The notes beneath the pieces were generated by a model. That model had not been told where the DNA came from. It saw nothing but the letters and a program-made list of their open reading frames with translations, and did not search any database. Of a stretch of DNA of 64,000 bases, positions 50,005 to 59,333 are shown in pieces. How positions within the stretch are numbered: the stretch's first letter is position 1; each line of letters begins with the position of its first letter. Where the stretch lies: the NCBI GenBank assembly GCA_028110365.1, contig JAOGVT010000006.1, positions 1,872 through 65,871 of the forward strand, in the 5' to 3' direction. The position numbers and the translations under genes were made by a program. The DNA comes from Flavobacteriales bacterium (GTDB lineage Bacteria; Bacteroidota; Bacteroidia; Flavobacteriales; UBA7430).

Positions 50005-50020
50005 CTTTTAAAACTACGAA

Positions 50021-51538
50021 ATGAAAAAAGTTGCCTTACTAATACTTGACGGATGGGGACACGGAAATCAAACCAAGTCTAATGCAATGAAAAATGCCAA
50101 GACTCCATTTGTTGACTCTCTGTATACAAATTACCTTAATGCTGAATTATTAACAGATGGAGAACACGTAGGTTTACCCGAAGGTCAAATGGGAAACTCT
50201 GAAGTAGGGCATTTAAACATTGGAGCTGGAAGAGTTGTTTTTCAGGACTTAGTAAAGATTAACCATGCAGTTAAAAATGATACTTTAAAAGACAACAAAA
50301 CACTTATGCATGCTTTTGAGTATGCAAAAGCAAATCAAAAGTCGGTTCATTTTATGGGCTTACTTTCTGATGGTGGGATACACTCACACGAATCTCACTT
50401 GCACCATTTGTGTGAATTAGCAGATAAAGCTGAATTAAATAAAGTATACATTCATGCATTTACTGACGGTAGAGATACAGACCCAAGAAGCGGTAAATCG
50501 TTCATTGAAAATTTAGAAGCTAAAACAAAAAATCTGTCGGCAGAATTGGTCAGTGTAATTGGAAGATATTACGCTATGGATAGAGACAAACGATGGGAGC
50601 GCATAAAACGGGCATACGACTTGCTGGTTCATGCCAAAGGTGAAAAAAGTACTTCTATAACAAAGGCAGTGCAAACATCCTATGATAATGGAATAAGTGA
50701 TGAATTCATAAAACCAATTTCAAAAACAGATCATAATGGAAATCCAATTGCCAAAATTAATGAAGGCGATCTGGTTATTTGCTTTAATTTTAGAACAGAT
50801 CGATGTAGAGAAATATCACAAGTTTTGACTCAAGAGGATAAGCCTGAGCTCAATATGTATAAGCTCAAGCTAAACTACATAACGATGACTATGTATGATC
50901 AGTCGTTTAAAGATGTTTCCATATTGTTCTACAAAGACAATTTAAAAAATACATTAGGAGAAGTATTGTCAAAAAATGGCAAAACTCAAATTCGAATTGC
51001 AGAAACTGAAAAATACCCTCACGTGTCTTTCTTTTTCTCTGGAGGTAGAGAAAAACCTTTTGATGGAGAAAAAAGAATTATGATACCCTCACCAAAAATA
51101 GCTACGTATGATTTAAAGCCAAGTATGAGTGCTCAAAAAATTACTGATGCAATCATAAAAGAAATTGAAAGCACACCAAATGACTTTATTTGCCTTAATT
51201 TTGCTAATCCAGATATGGTGGGCCACACAGGTGTATACAAATCGGTAATAGAAGCTCTAGAAGTTGTTGATAAATGTGCAAAGCAAGTGGTTGAAGCAGG
51301 TTTAAAGCAAGATTACGCCTTTATGATTATTGCAGATCATGGGAATGCAGATTATATGATCAACCCAGATGGGAGTCCAAATACAGCGCATTCTACAAAT
51401 CCAGTTCCATGCTTTGTATTGAATACTGATTTTAAGGAAATAAAAAATGGTAAACTCGCAGATGTTGCACCTACTGTATTAAAGATTATGGGAATTCAAA
51501 TACCAAAAGAAATGAATAACAACCCAATTATCTACTAG
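50021..51538 (+). CDS. gpmI: 2,3-bisphosphoglycerate-independent phosphoglycerate mutase
   Basis: LLILDGWG, MGNSEVGHLNIGAGR, LLSDGGIHSH, FTDGRDT, ADHGNA. Confidence 0.95.
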   Translation: MKKVALLILDGWGHGNQTKSNAMKNAKTPFVDSLYTNYLNAELLTDGEHVGLPEGQMGNSEVGHLNIGAGRVVFQDLVKINHAVKNDTLKDNKTLMHAFEYAKANQKSVHFMGLLSDGGIHSHESHLHHLCELADKAELNKVYIHAFTDGRDTDPRSGKSFIENLEAKTKNLSAELVSVIGRYYAMDRDKRWERIKRAYDLLVHAKGEKSTSITKAVQTSYDNGISDEFIKPISKTDHNGNPIAKINEGDLVICFNFRTDRCREISQVLTQEDKPELNMYKLKLNYITMTMYDQSFKDVSILFYKDNLKNTLGEVLSKNGKTQIRIAETEKYPHVSFFFSGGREKPFDGEKRIMIPSPKIATYDLKPSMSAQKITDAIIKEIESTPNDFICLNFANPDMVGHTGVYKSVIEALEVVDKCAKQVVEAGLKQDYAFMIIADHGNADYMINPDGSPNTAHSTNPVPCFVLNTDFKEIKNGKLADVAPTVLKIMGIQIPKEMNNNPIIY

Positions 51539-51654
51539 AGAAAACCACCTTTCTTTTAAGTCGATAAATAAGAGATTTTCAAAACAAAGTAAAGAAGAGA
51601 ATCAAAAATAAGATCGAAAATAAAAACAGCTCTTTGAAATGTAAAAATGATGAC

Positions 51655-51686
51655 TTGTAAACTTCAGAAAACATTGCCTATTTTTG
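51655..51686 (+). promoter_or_regulatory. candidate promoter (-33 TTG / -7 TATTTTTG) for ftsB-mutAB, predicting a leaderless or near-leaderless mRNA
   Basis: TTG at 51655-51657, a 21-nt spacer, and an exact TAnnTTTG at 51679-51686. The ftsB ATG starts only 4 nt after the box. Confidence 0.45.
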
Positions 51687-51690
51687 AATA

Positions 51691-51993
51691 ATGAAAAAAA
51701 ACAAACAGATACTTAAAACAATCGTATCCAAAGTAAAGAATCCATATCTAATATTGATTTTTTTATTTGTTATGTGGATGCTTTTTTTTGACAGTAACTC
51801 TTATTTAAACCACTTAAGTTTATCCAATTCAATAAATCAATTGGAAAAAGACAAACTTTATTTCAAAGAAGAAATTAAAAAAGATTCCATAGCACTAGAT
51901 AAACTTTCTAATCCTGAAGGACTAGAAAGGTATGCAAGAGAAGTGTATCATATGAAAAAAGAAAATGAAGAAATTTTTCTTATTTCTGAATAA
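51691..51993 (+). CDS. ftsB: septum formation initiator (FtsB/DivIC family)
   Basis: About 100 aa with a single TM (YLILIFLFVMWMLFF), a coiled coil and a C-terminal ..ERYAREVYHMKKENEEIF motif. Confidence 0.7.
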   Translation: MKKNKQILKTIVSKVKNPYLILIFLFVMWMLFFDSNSYLNHLSLSNSINQLEKDKLYFKEEIKKDSIALDKLSNPEGLERYAREVYHMKKENEEIFLISE

Positions 51994-52004
51994 TAGATAA
52001 CTAC

Positions 52005-53372
52005 ATGGAAAAACTATTTAAAGAATTTATCCCTAAAACTCTTCTTCAGTGGAATAAAAAGGTCATTGATGATCTTAAAGGGCTAGACTATGAAAAACTC
52101 ATCTGGAAAAGTCCAGAAGAAATTTCAGTAGCACCTATATACAATAATGAGTCTGTCAAGAAATTTGAAGGAGAGACCACACACCAACATTCTGACTGGG
52201 AAATTGAGCAGAAATTTCTCAAACCAACTAATAAAAAAGTACTTGATAGTTTAAATACGGGTGCCACTGCCCTATTGCTATATAATTTAAAAAGCACAGA
52301 TTTAGATAGCATTCTAAAAGAGGTGTTAATTGAGCATATACAAACCTCTATTCAATCTGAAAATATAGAAGATGCATTAGAATCTTTCGTAAAGCTCTTA
52401 GAAAAAAGAAAACTAGACAAGACAAAAATTAGAGGTAGTTTACATTTCGACCCTTTAATGAGTTTTCTGAAAAATGGAACTATTGACTCTAATTTCTGGA
52501 TTAAATTCAATCACATACAAGAAAAATCTAGTGCTCTAAAATCTTTCAAAACACTATGTATTCAAGGTCATGAATACCATAATTCTGGAGCTACAGCTTC
52601 ACAGGAGTTGGCTTTTACTTTAGCCCAATTAAGCGAATATTTTGCGCACAATAAAAATTTAAAAGCAACTAAAATTCAAATAAGTTTGGGTATTTCTACA
52701 AACTATTTCTTTGAAATTGCGAAGTTTAGAGCCATCAGAATATTATGGAGCCAATTACTTGATGCTTACAAAAAAGAACATACTCCATTAGATCTTAGAG
52801 CCGAATCAGGATTGAGAACAAGTACCTTGTACGATGCACACATAAATATGCTTCGCTCAACAAGTCAATGTATGTCTGCTGCGCTAGGTGGAGCAAATAC
52901 AATAAGTGTTAATAATTTAAACGCGGCTTATAAAGAAGAAGATGTATTTGGCTCAAGAATGGCAAGAAACACTTCATTAATACTAAAAGAAGAAGCCTAC
53001 TTAAATAATGTAAGCGACCCTGCCTCAGGAAGTTATTACATTGAAGAACTTACCAATGAAATGAGTTTAAAAGCCTGGTCAATTTTTAAAGAAATTGAAG
53101 CACATGGAGGTTGGATAGAAGCTATAAAATCAAACAAGATCCAACAAATGATTGAGGAAAGTGCCTCAAAACAAGAAGCGCTTTTCAACGCTGGAGAACT
53201 AAGTTTAATTGGCACCAACTTACATCCAAATGGTAAAGATAAAATGCTTAACGAATTGGAAATCTCATTTGTAAAAAACAGAACAAAACCGACCGAATTT
53301 AAACCTCTACATTCAAAACGCTTGTCTGAGCAGATGGATACCATACGATTAAATGAAGAAAAAAATGCTTAG
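52005..53372 (+). CDS. mutA: methylmalonyl-CoA mutase small (beta) subunit
   Basis: MCM-like TIM-barrel sequence lacking a B12-binding domain (..ELAFTLAQ..., [34 protein letters not shown]), immediately upstream of and overlapping the large subunit. Confidence 0.8.
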   Translation: MEKLFKEFIPKTLLQWNKKVIDDLKGLDYEKLIWKSPEEISVAPIYNNESVKKFEGETTHQHSDWEIEQKFLKPTNKKVLDSLNTGATALLLYNLKSTDLDSILKEVLIEHIQTSIQSENIEDALESFVKLLEKRKLDKTKIRGSLHFDPLMSFLKNGTIDSNFWIKFNHIQEKSSALKSFKTLCIQGHEYHNSGATASQELAFTLAQLSEYFAHNKNLKATKIQISLGISTNYFFEIAKFRAIRILWSQLLDAYKKEHTPLDLRAESGLRTSTLYDAHINMLRSTSQCMSAALGGANTISVNNLNAAYKEEDVFGSRMARNTSLILKEEAYLNNVSDPASGSYYIEELTNEMSLKAWSIFKEIEAHGGWIEAIKSNKIQQMIEESASKQEALFNAGELSLIGTNLHPNGKDKMLNELEISFVKNRTKPTEFKPLHSKRLSEQMDTIRLNEEKNA

Positions 53373-55494
53373 ACCCGATTTCTCAAAAATAGAACTAAGC
53401 CTAAAGCGAGAACAAGTAAAAAGAGCAACTTTAACTTGGCTCAGTCCTGAACAAATTGAGCTTAAAAACAAGTATCAATCTTCAGACATACAAAATACAG
53501 AACATCTAAAATTTATTTCTGGAGCGGCTCCCTACCTCAGAGGTCCTTACTCCACAATGTATGTTATGAGGCCATGGACAATTCGCCAGTACGCAGGATT
53601 CTCAACAGCTGAAGAATCGAACGCATTTTACAAGAGAAATTTAGCTGCAGGCCAAAAAGGACTTTCTGTAGCCTTTGACTTAGCGACTCATCGAGGTTAC
53701 AACTCCGATCATGAAAGAGTTGTTGGTGATGTAGGGAAAGCTGGAGTAGCTATAGACTCTGTTGAGGATATGAAAATCCTGTTCAATAATATACCTTTAG
53801 ATCAAATGTCTGTTTCAATGACCATGAATGGAGCTGTGCTTCCAATTATGGCATTTTATATTGTAGCAGCTCAAGAGCAAGGCGTGGACCTGGCTTCTTT
53901 AAATGGAACCATTCAAAATGATATTCTTAAAGAGTTTATGGTGCGAAACACCTACATATATCCACCCAAAGAATCCATGAAAATTATTGCCGATATTTTT
54001 GAATATACATCTCAAAAAATGCCAAAGTTTAACTCTATAAGTATTTCCGGATACCATATGCAAGAAGCAGGAGCGACTACAGACATTGAACTTGCTTACA
54101 CACTGGCAGATGGCTTAGAATACATTAGAACAGGACTAAAAACCGGAATGGATATTGATAATTTTGCGCCTCGATTATCCTTCTTTTGGGGAGTTGGGAT
54201 GAATCACTTTATGGAAATTGCAAAAATGCGAGCTGCGCGAATGCTATGGGCTAAGTTGGTCAAACAATTTAAACCTAAAAACCCAAAATCGTTAGCTTTA
54301 CGAACACATTGTCAAACTTCTGGCTGGAGTTTAACAGAACAAGATCCATATAACAATGTTACACGTACTTGTATAGAAGCTATGGCTGCTGCTTTTGGTG
54401 GAACACAATCTCTACATACCAATGCGCTGGACGAAGCAATCGCCTTACCATCCGAATTTTCAGCACGAATTGCCCGAAATACTCAAATATATCTCCAAAA
54501 AGAAACAGCTATTACACGAGTTGTTGATCCCTGGGGAGGCTCCCATTACGTTGAGAAACTCACAGAAGAAATTTCTCAAAAGGCTTGGAAGCTAATACAA
54601 GAAATAGAAGAACTCGGAGGCATGGCTAAGGCCATAGAAACAGGAATACCTAAAATGCGTATTGAAGAAGCTGCGGCAAGAAAGCAAGCACGTATAGACA
54701 GTGGTAAAGATCAAATTATTGGTGTAAATGCTTATCAACTAGAAAAAGAAGAAACCATTGAGACTTTAGAAGTTGACAATACACAAGTAAGAGACATTCA
54801 AATTGAGCGTTTAAAAACACTTCGAACAAATCGCAATCAAAAAAATGTAAAAATAGCGTTAAACAATATTACTGAATGTTGTAAAACTGGTAAAGGTAAT
54901 TTACTATCTTTAACTATTGATGCTGCAAGAGTAAGAGCTACACTAGGTGAAATTTCTGACGCTTGTGAAATCGTGTTTGGCAGGTACCAAGCAAAAATAC
55001 GTTCAATTGCAGGAGTATATTCTATGGAAATAGCAGATAACGAATCGTTTATAAAAGCACAAAGTTTAGCTGATAAATTTGCTAAAATTGAAGGTCGAAG
55101 ACCTCGAATAATGGTGGCAAAAATGGGGCAAGATGGACACGATAGAGGCGCAAAAGTAGTTTCAACCTCTTTTGCAGACCTTGGTTTTGACGTTGACATT
55201 GGCCCACTCTTCCAAAGCCCAAAGGAAGCAGCCAAACAAGCCATAGAAAACGATGTTCATATATTGGGTATTTCTTCATTAGCAGCGGGACACAAAACAC
55301 TTGTTCCTCATGTTATAGAAGAATTAAAAAATTTGGGAAGAGAGGACATTATGGTTGTTGCTGGAGGAGTTATACCTGTGCAAGACTACGATTACTTATT
55401 TAGAGCTGGAGTGGTAGGAATTTTTGGTCCGGGTACTGTAATTGCAAAAGCTGCAGCAGAAATTTTAGAACATATGATTGCCAAAAGCAACTAA
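53353..55494 (+). CDS. mutB: methylmalonyl-CoA mutase large (alpha) subunit, B12-dependent
   Basis: [45 protein letters not shown], and the C-terminal cobalamin motif [11 protein letters not shown]...SSLAAGH. An alternative start at M5 (53365) is possible. Confidence 0.95.
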   Translation: MKKKMLRPDFSKIELSLKREQVKRATLTWLSPEQIELKNKYQSSDIQNTEHLKFISGAAPYLRGPYSTMYVMRPWTIRQYAGFSTAEESNAFYKRNLAAGQKGLSVAFDLATHRGYNSDHERVVGDVGKAGVAIDSVEDMKILFNNIPLDQMSVSMTMNGAVLPIMAFYIVAAQEQGVDLASLNGTIQNDILKEFMVRNTYIYPPKESMKIIADIFEYTSQKMPKFNSISISGYHMQEAGATTDIELAYTLADGLEYIRTGLKTGMDIDNFAPRLSFFWGVGMNHFMEIAKMRAARMLWAKLVKQFKPKNPKSLALRTHCQTSGWSLTEQDPYNNVTRTCIEAMAAAFGGTQSLHTNALDEAIALPSEFSARIARNTQIYLQKETAITRVVDPWGGSHYVEKLTEEISQKAWKLIQEIEELGGMAKAIETGIPKMRIEEAAARKQARIDSGKDQIIGVNAYQLEKEETIETLEVDNTQVRDIQIERLKTLRTNRNQKNVKIALNNITECCKTGKGNLLSLTIDAARVRATLGEISDACEIVFGRYQAKIRSIAGVYSMEIADNESFIKAQSLADKFAKIEGRRPRIMVAKMGQDGHDRGAKVVSTSFADLGFDVDIGPLFQSPKEAAKQAIENDVHILGISSLAAGHKTLVPHVIEELKNLGREDIMVVAGGVIPVQDYDYLFRAGVVGIFGPGTVIAKAAAEILEHMIAKSN

Positions 55495-55497
55495 ATT

Positions 55498-56115
55498 ATG
55501 AAAAAACTATTATTTTTAATTCTAGTATCTAGCTACTCTTTGTCTCAAGCACAAACAACTCGTAACGATAGTTATGCTGCTTTGGGAATGATTACAAGTT
55601 TTAAAGAAATTCCTTTTGGCTTTAATGTTTATACAATAAAAAAAGAAGAAAGGTTTGGTTTTTACACCCACCTAAAATGGAACAGACTCTCATTTGACAA
55701 CGAATACAGCTACTTAGGTGACCCAAATACTAGAGATGAGCTAAGAATTCGAACATCTGAAGGAAGCAAAAATATTTTAAAGATGATTAACATTGGTACC
55801 GTCTTTAATCCACAACAGATGGGCGTATTGGAATCCGATTTTATAGATATAGATTTCTGTTTTGGCATAGGCTATATTCAAGATTTTAGGTATCAATTTT
55901 ACAATGATACTGGAGGTATAGAAGAAAGTGAAGATGGCACAATACCCTATGCCCAAGCACTCGGTAAATACTATGTAAATGATTTCGATAAAAATGGAAT
56001 AAACCTAAACATAGGAACGAATATATCGATTGAAAACACGCGTCTTCTATTACATATTAGTTACGATTTAAAACCAAAATTACTTGCTTTAGGTCTAAAT
56101 TGGAAAGTGAAATAA
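55498..56115 (+). CDS. hypothetical exported beta-rich protein (possible small outer-membrane barrel)
   Basis: Signal peptide MKKLLFLILVSSYSLSQAQ, alternating hydrophobic pattern, and the ending ..LALGLNWKVK. The start is 3 nt after the mutB stop. Confidence 0.5.
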   Translation: MKKLLFLILVSSYSLSQAQTTRNDSYAALGMITSFKEIPFGFNVYTIKKEERFGFYTHLKWNRLSFDNEYSYLGDPNTRDELRIRTSEGSKNILKMINIGTVFNPQQMGVLESDFIDIDFCFGIGYIQDFRYQFYNDTGGIEESEDGTIPYAQALGKYYVNDFDKNGINLNIGTNISIENTRLLLHISYDLKPKLLALGLNWKVK

Positions 56116-56189
56116 ACGAACAGTAATTAACCAACGAATTTTATTTAAATAAGATTAGATAGTAAATAATATAAAGCACCCACATTGAG

Positions 56190-58739
56190 ATGAAGAAACT
56201 TGTAATCATAGCCCTACTACTTTTAACTTTTTCAGACTCCAAAGCTCAATCCCATCCATGTGGATTTAACAACCACATGAATAAAAGATATCAAGAAGAG
56301 CCCTCCTTACTAGAAATGCGAGAATCTTATGAATCTGAAATTCAGCAGATTATAAACTCTAGATCTAGTTTTAATCAAAAAACAATTCCAGTTGTAGTCC
56401 ATATCATTTACAACGATTCATACTCAAACATCTCTACAAATCAAGTAAATAGTGCCCTAACTGCTATTAATGAAGACTTTAACGCATCGAACTCAGATTA
56501 TAACTCAGTAATAGCTGCTTTTAGCTCCATAAAATCTAACCTAAATATAAGTTTCGAATTGGCAAATCTCGATCCTAATGGAAATACTACATCAGGAATT
56601 ACAAGAACACAATCTGACTTTACAGATAATGCAGACGAAAATGTAAAGGGTTTAATACTATGGAATACGGACATGTATTTAAACATTTGGGTCGTAGACA
56701 ATATAGAGAGTGGTGCTGGAGCTTACGCCTATTATCCAGGAACAGCCCCAAACGGAAATGAAGGAATTGTTTGTCGACACACCCAATTTGGCACAACAGG
56801 CACATCAAGTTCCAATAATTTTTCTGCGACTACTCTAACACATGAAATAGGACACTACCTAAATTTAGCACACACATGGGGCGATTCTAATGATGCTGAA
56901 TTAGAAGAAAATTGCAATAATGATGATAACGTAAACGACACCCCTAACACTATTGGAACACTTTATGGGTGTAACACCAATCAAAACACATGCGGGTCCT
57001 TAGATAATGTTCAAAATTATATGGACTACACAGATTGCACCAATATGTTTACCAAAGGACAAAGAGCAAGAGTTCATGCATCCTTACACTCAGCACTTGG
57101 TGGGCGAATAAATTTATGGCAAAATGAGAACTTAATTGCTACTGGAATTCTTGAGGATCCCTCGTGTGATTCAGAACTAAGTCAAGTTGAAATTCAAACA
57201 GGTAGTTATGCAAACGAAATTTCGTGGGTAATACTGAACAGTTCAGGAGAGGGTATTGCCGGAGGTGGCGGTATTTACAACAACAATTCAAGCTACAACT
57301 CGCCTATATGTTTGGAAGATGGAAGTTATACATTTCAAGCGATAGACTCATATGGAGATGGATGGAATGGAGGTTCCTACACTGTTAGAGATTGTAGTAA
57401 TTCAATTATTGCAAACAATGTAAATCCATCAGGAGCTGGTTCTGTAGAAGTTTTCACTGTGGTGAACTGCTCAACTGTATCTGGATGTACAGACCCCACT
57501 GCATCAAACTATAATAATCTCGCAAATCAAGACGATGGTTCCTGTATTATTTTAGGGTGTACACAACAAACGGCTACAAATTATAATCCAAATGCAACAC
57601 AAGATGATAACTCTTGTATTATTTTAGGATGTACAAATATAAATGCATCTAACTACAATCCGAATGCAACTCAAGAAAACAATTCATGTATTATTTTAGG
57701 TTGCACACAAGAAATAGCTTCAAATTATGATTCCAATGCAAATCAAGACGACAATTCATGTCTATTTTTGGGATGCATAGATGAAACGGCTTTAAATTTC
57801 GACCCAACAGCAAACTTAGATGACGGCTCTTGCAACTTCATTGAAGTACCTGAACTATTTGATTTTAACCTGTCTGGATTAAACCATACATTAGTTTTCC
57901 CACAGGGTGTTATTTTTAATTTAGTTGACTCACTAATTGCTAATTTGGATGTGATAGGTGTTTTCTATACGAATGAGTTAGGAATAGAAAAATGTGCTGG
58001 TTACAAAATTTGGGAAGAAACAACAATAGCAATAGCGGTACAAGGTGATGATACGACAACAGATGAAATTGATGGCTATCAAGAAGGAGAAACACTTCGT
58101 GTAAAAGTATGGGATCGTTCTGAAGACATCTACTACAACTGCGAAATAAATTATTCAAGCGCAATGCCAAACCAAGGAGAATTCGCAAGTAATGGTATTT
58201 CTGCCGTTATACAAGGTTCTGTAATTCAAGAAACGTCAAGTCAATTACTTGAATTACCAGCTGGCTGGAGTCTATTTTCAAGTTTTCTTACTTTAGATGA
58301 AATGAGTATTGATTCAGTACTAAATCCAATTTTTGAGCGTCTAATTATTGTAAAAGACTACCAAGGGTTAGCTTATTTACCCGAATGGAGTTTTAATGGA
58401 ATTGGAGCAATGATTTATGGAGATGCCTATCTTATTAAAATCAGTGAAAATTCTGTTTTAGAACTTAATGGATTGTATAATTTACCAGAAGAAAATCCCA
58501 TTACCATAAGAGCTGGTTGGAGTTTAATAGGGTATTTAAGAACAGAGCCTGCTAATTGTATTGCAGTACTTCAAAGCATTAACTCAGAAATAGAAATTGT
58601 GAAAAATGGTGCTGGCGAAGCCTATTTACCTACTTGGAATTTTAATGCCATAGGGGATCTTGAAGCTGGGTTAGGGTATGCAATTAAAATGTCAAGTGAA
58701 CAAACACTTCAATTTAAAGCAAATACTGAAGAATACTAG
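56190..58739 (+). CDS. secreted M43-family (pappalysin/cytophagalysin-like) zinc metalloprotease with multi-module C-terminal extension
   Basis: Signal peptide MKKLVIIALLLLTFSDSKAQ. Zinc site HEIGHYLNLAHTWGD plus the downstream V.DTP, NYMDY and FTKGQRARV motifs typical of M43. These are followed by a GDGWNGG module, five Cys-bounded NYN modules and two AGWSL...AYLP.W.FN.IG modules. Confidence 0.8.
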   Translation: MKKLVIIALLLLTFSDSKAQSHPCGFNNHMNKRYQEEPSLLEMRESYESEIQQIINSRSSFNQKTIPVVVHIIYNDSYSNISTNQVNSALTAINEDFNASNSDYNSVIAAFSSIKSNLNISFELANLDPNGNTTSGITRTQSDFTDNADENVKGLILWNTDMYLNIWVVDNIESGAGAYAYYPGTAPNGNEGIVCRHTQFGTTGTSSSNNFSATTLTHEIGHYLNLAHTWGDSNDAELEENCNNDDNVNDTPNTIGTLYGCNTNQNTCGSLDNVQNYMDYTDCTNMFTKGQRARVHASLHSALGGRINLWQNENLIATGILEDPSCDSELSQVEIQTGSYANEISWVILNSSGEGIAGGGGIYNNNSSYNSPICLEDGSYTFQAIDSYGDGWNGGSYTVRDCSNSIIANNVNPSGAGSVEVFTVVNCSTVSGCTDPTASNYNNLANQDDGSCIILGCTQQTATNYNPNATQDDNSCIILGCTNINASNYNPNATQENNSCIILGCTQEIASNYDSNANQDDNSCLFLGCIDETALNFDPTANLDDGSCNFIEVPELFDFNLSGLNHTLVFPQGVIFNLVDSLIANLDVIGVFYTNELGIEKCAGYKIWEETTIAIAVQGDDTTTDEIDGYQEGETLRVKVWDRSEDIYYNCEINYSSAMPNQGEFASNGISAVIQGSVIQETSSQLLELPAGWSLFSSFLTLDEMSIDSVLNPIFERLIIVKDYQGLAYLPEWSFNGIGAMIYGDAYLIKISENSVLELNGLYNLPEENPITIRAGWSLIGYLRTEPANCIAVLQSINSEIEIVKNGAGEAYLPTWNFNAIGDLEAGLGYAIKMSSEQTLQFKANTEEY
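57483..57833 (+). repeat. coding tandem repeat, 72-nt (24-aa) period x 5: Cys-bounded GCT..A.NYN..A..DD.SC modules
   Basis: GCTDPTASNYNNLANQDDGSCIIL / GCTQQTATNYNPNATQDDNSCIIL / GCTNINASNYNPNATQENNSCIIL / GCTQEIASNYDSNANQDDNSCLFL / GCIDETALNFDPTANLDDGSC. Unit starts at 57483, 57555, 57627, 57699 and 57771. Confidence 0.9.
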
Positions 58740-58772
58740 GAAATAAGGAGGTAATTTATATTTTTTTGTCTA

Positions 58773-59312
58773 CTATGGATTGGAAACAAATCTAATATTT
58801 GCAGGAATTAGAAAAAGAGTACCGTTAAGATCAAGATTATAATCAAATCGTAAATCCATCGAGGTATTTGTTAAATTATAAATCGACAAAACATATACTT
58901 CAGCGCCATTTTCTATAGTCAAAACATCCTCTTCAATAAGCCAAGAACCCGAAAGGTCTAAAACAGATTCTTCGCCATCTTCACACAGAATAAGGTTATC
59001 TTCCATAGTAACTTCATTACTATCTGTAAAAAGAAATAGGTTATCGTGCGTACAAACTGGAATAGCTTCTGTTAAATCTAACAAGTTTATTGTTGTACCA
59101 GAAAACTCCGCAGTAGCAGATTCAATAATCCATTGGTTACTCACTAATACAACAGCTGGATCGAATGAACAGTCACCCGCTTGAACAGCTTCTTGATTAT
59201 AATTGGTGGCCAGTTCGTCCATACAACCAACCAAATCTTCTGCAGCTTCATCGTCACAATTGGCAAAAATAAGAGGAAAAACCAATAGCCAAATTATTCT
59301 TTTTGCTTTCAT
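58773..59312 (-). CDS. hypothetical lipoprotein carrying one Cys-bounded NYN module
   Basis: Lipobox VFPLIFANC, then GCMDELATNYNQEAVQAGDCSF, then a ~125-aa beta-rich domain. Convergent with the M43 protease gene. Confidence 0.55.
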   Translation of the reverse strand: MKAKRIIWLLVFPLIFANCDDEAAEDLVGCMDELATNYNQEAVQAGDCSFDPAVVLVSNQWIIESATAEFSGTTINLLDLTEAIPVCTHDNLFLFTDSNEVTMEDNLILCEDGEESVLDLSGSWLIEEDVLTIENGAEVYVLSIYNLTNTSMDLRFDYNLDLNGTLFLIPANIRFVSNP

Positions 59313-59333
59313 AATTTTAATTTTGATGCCAAT

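Noticed and set aside
49961-50010. Imperfect repeats aaaagcaa / ttgctt / tttgctttt upstream of gpmI as a riboswitch or attenuator.
   Set aside because: These are short AT-rich complementary 6-mers that also overlap the candidate -7 box. There is no extended conserved structure recognisable by eye.
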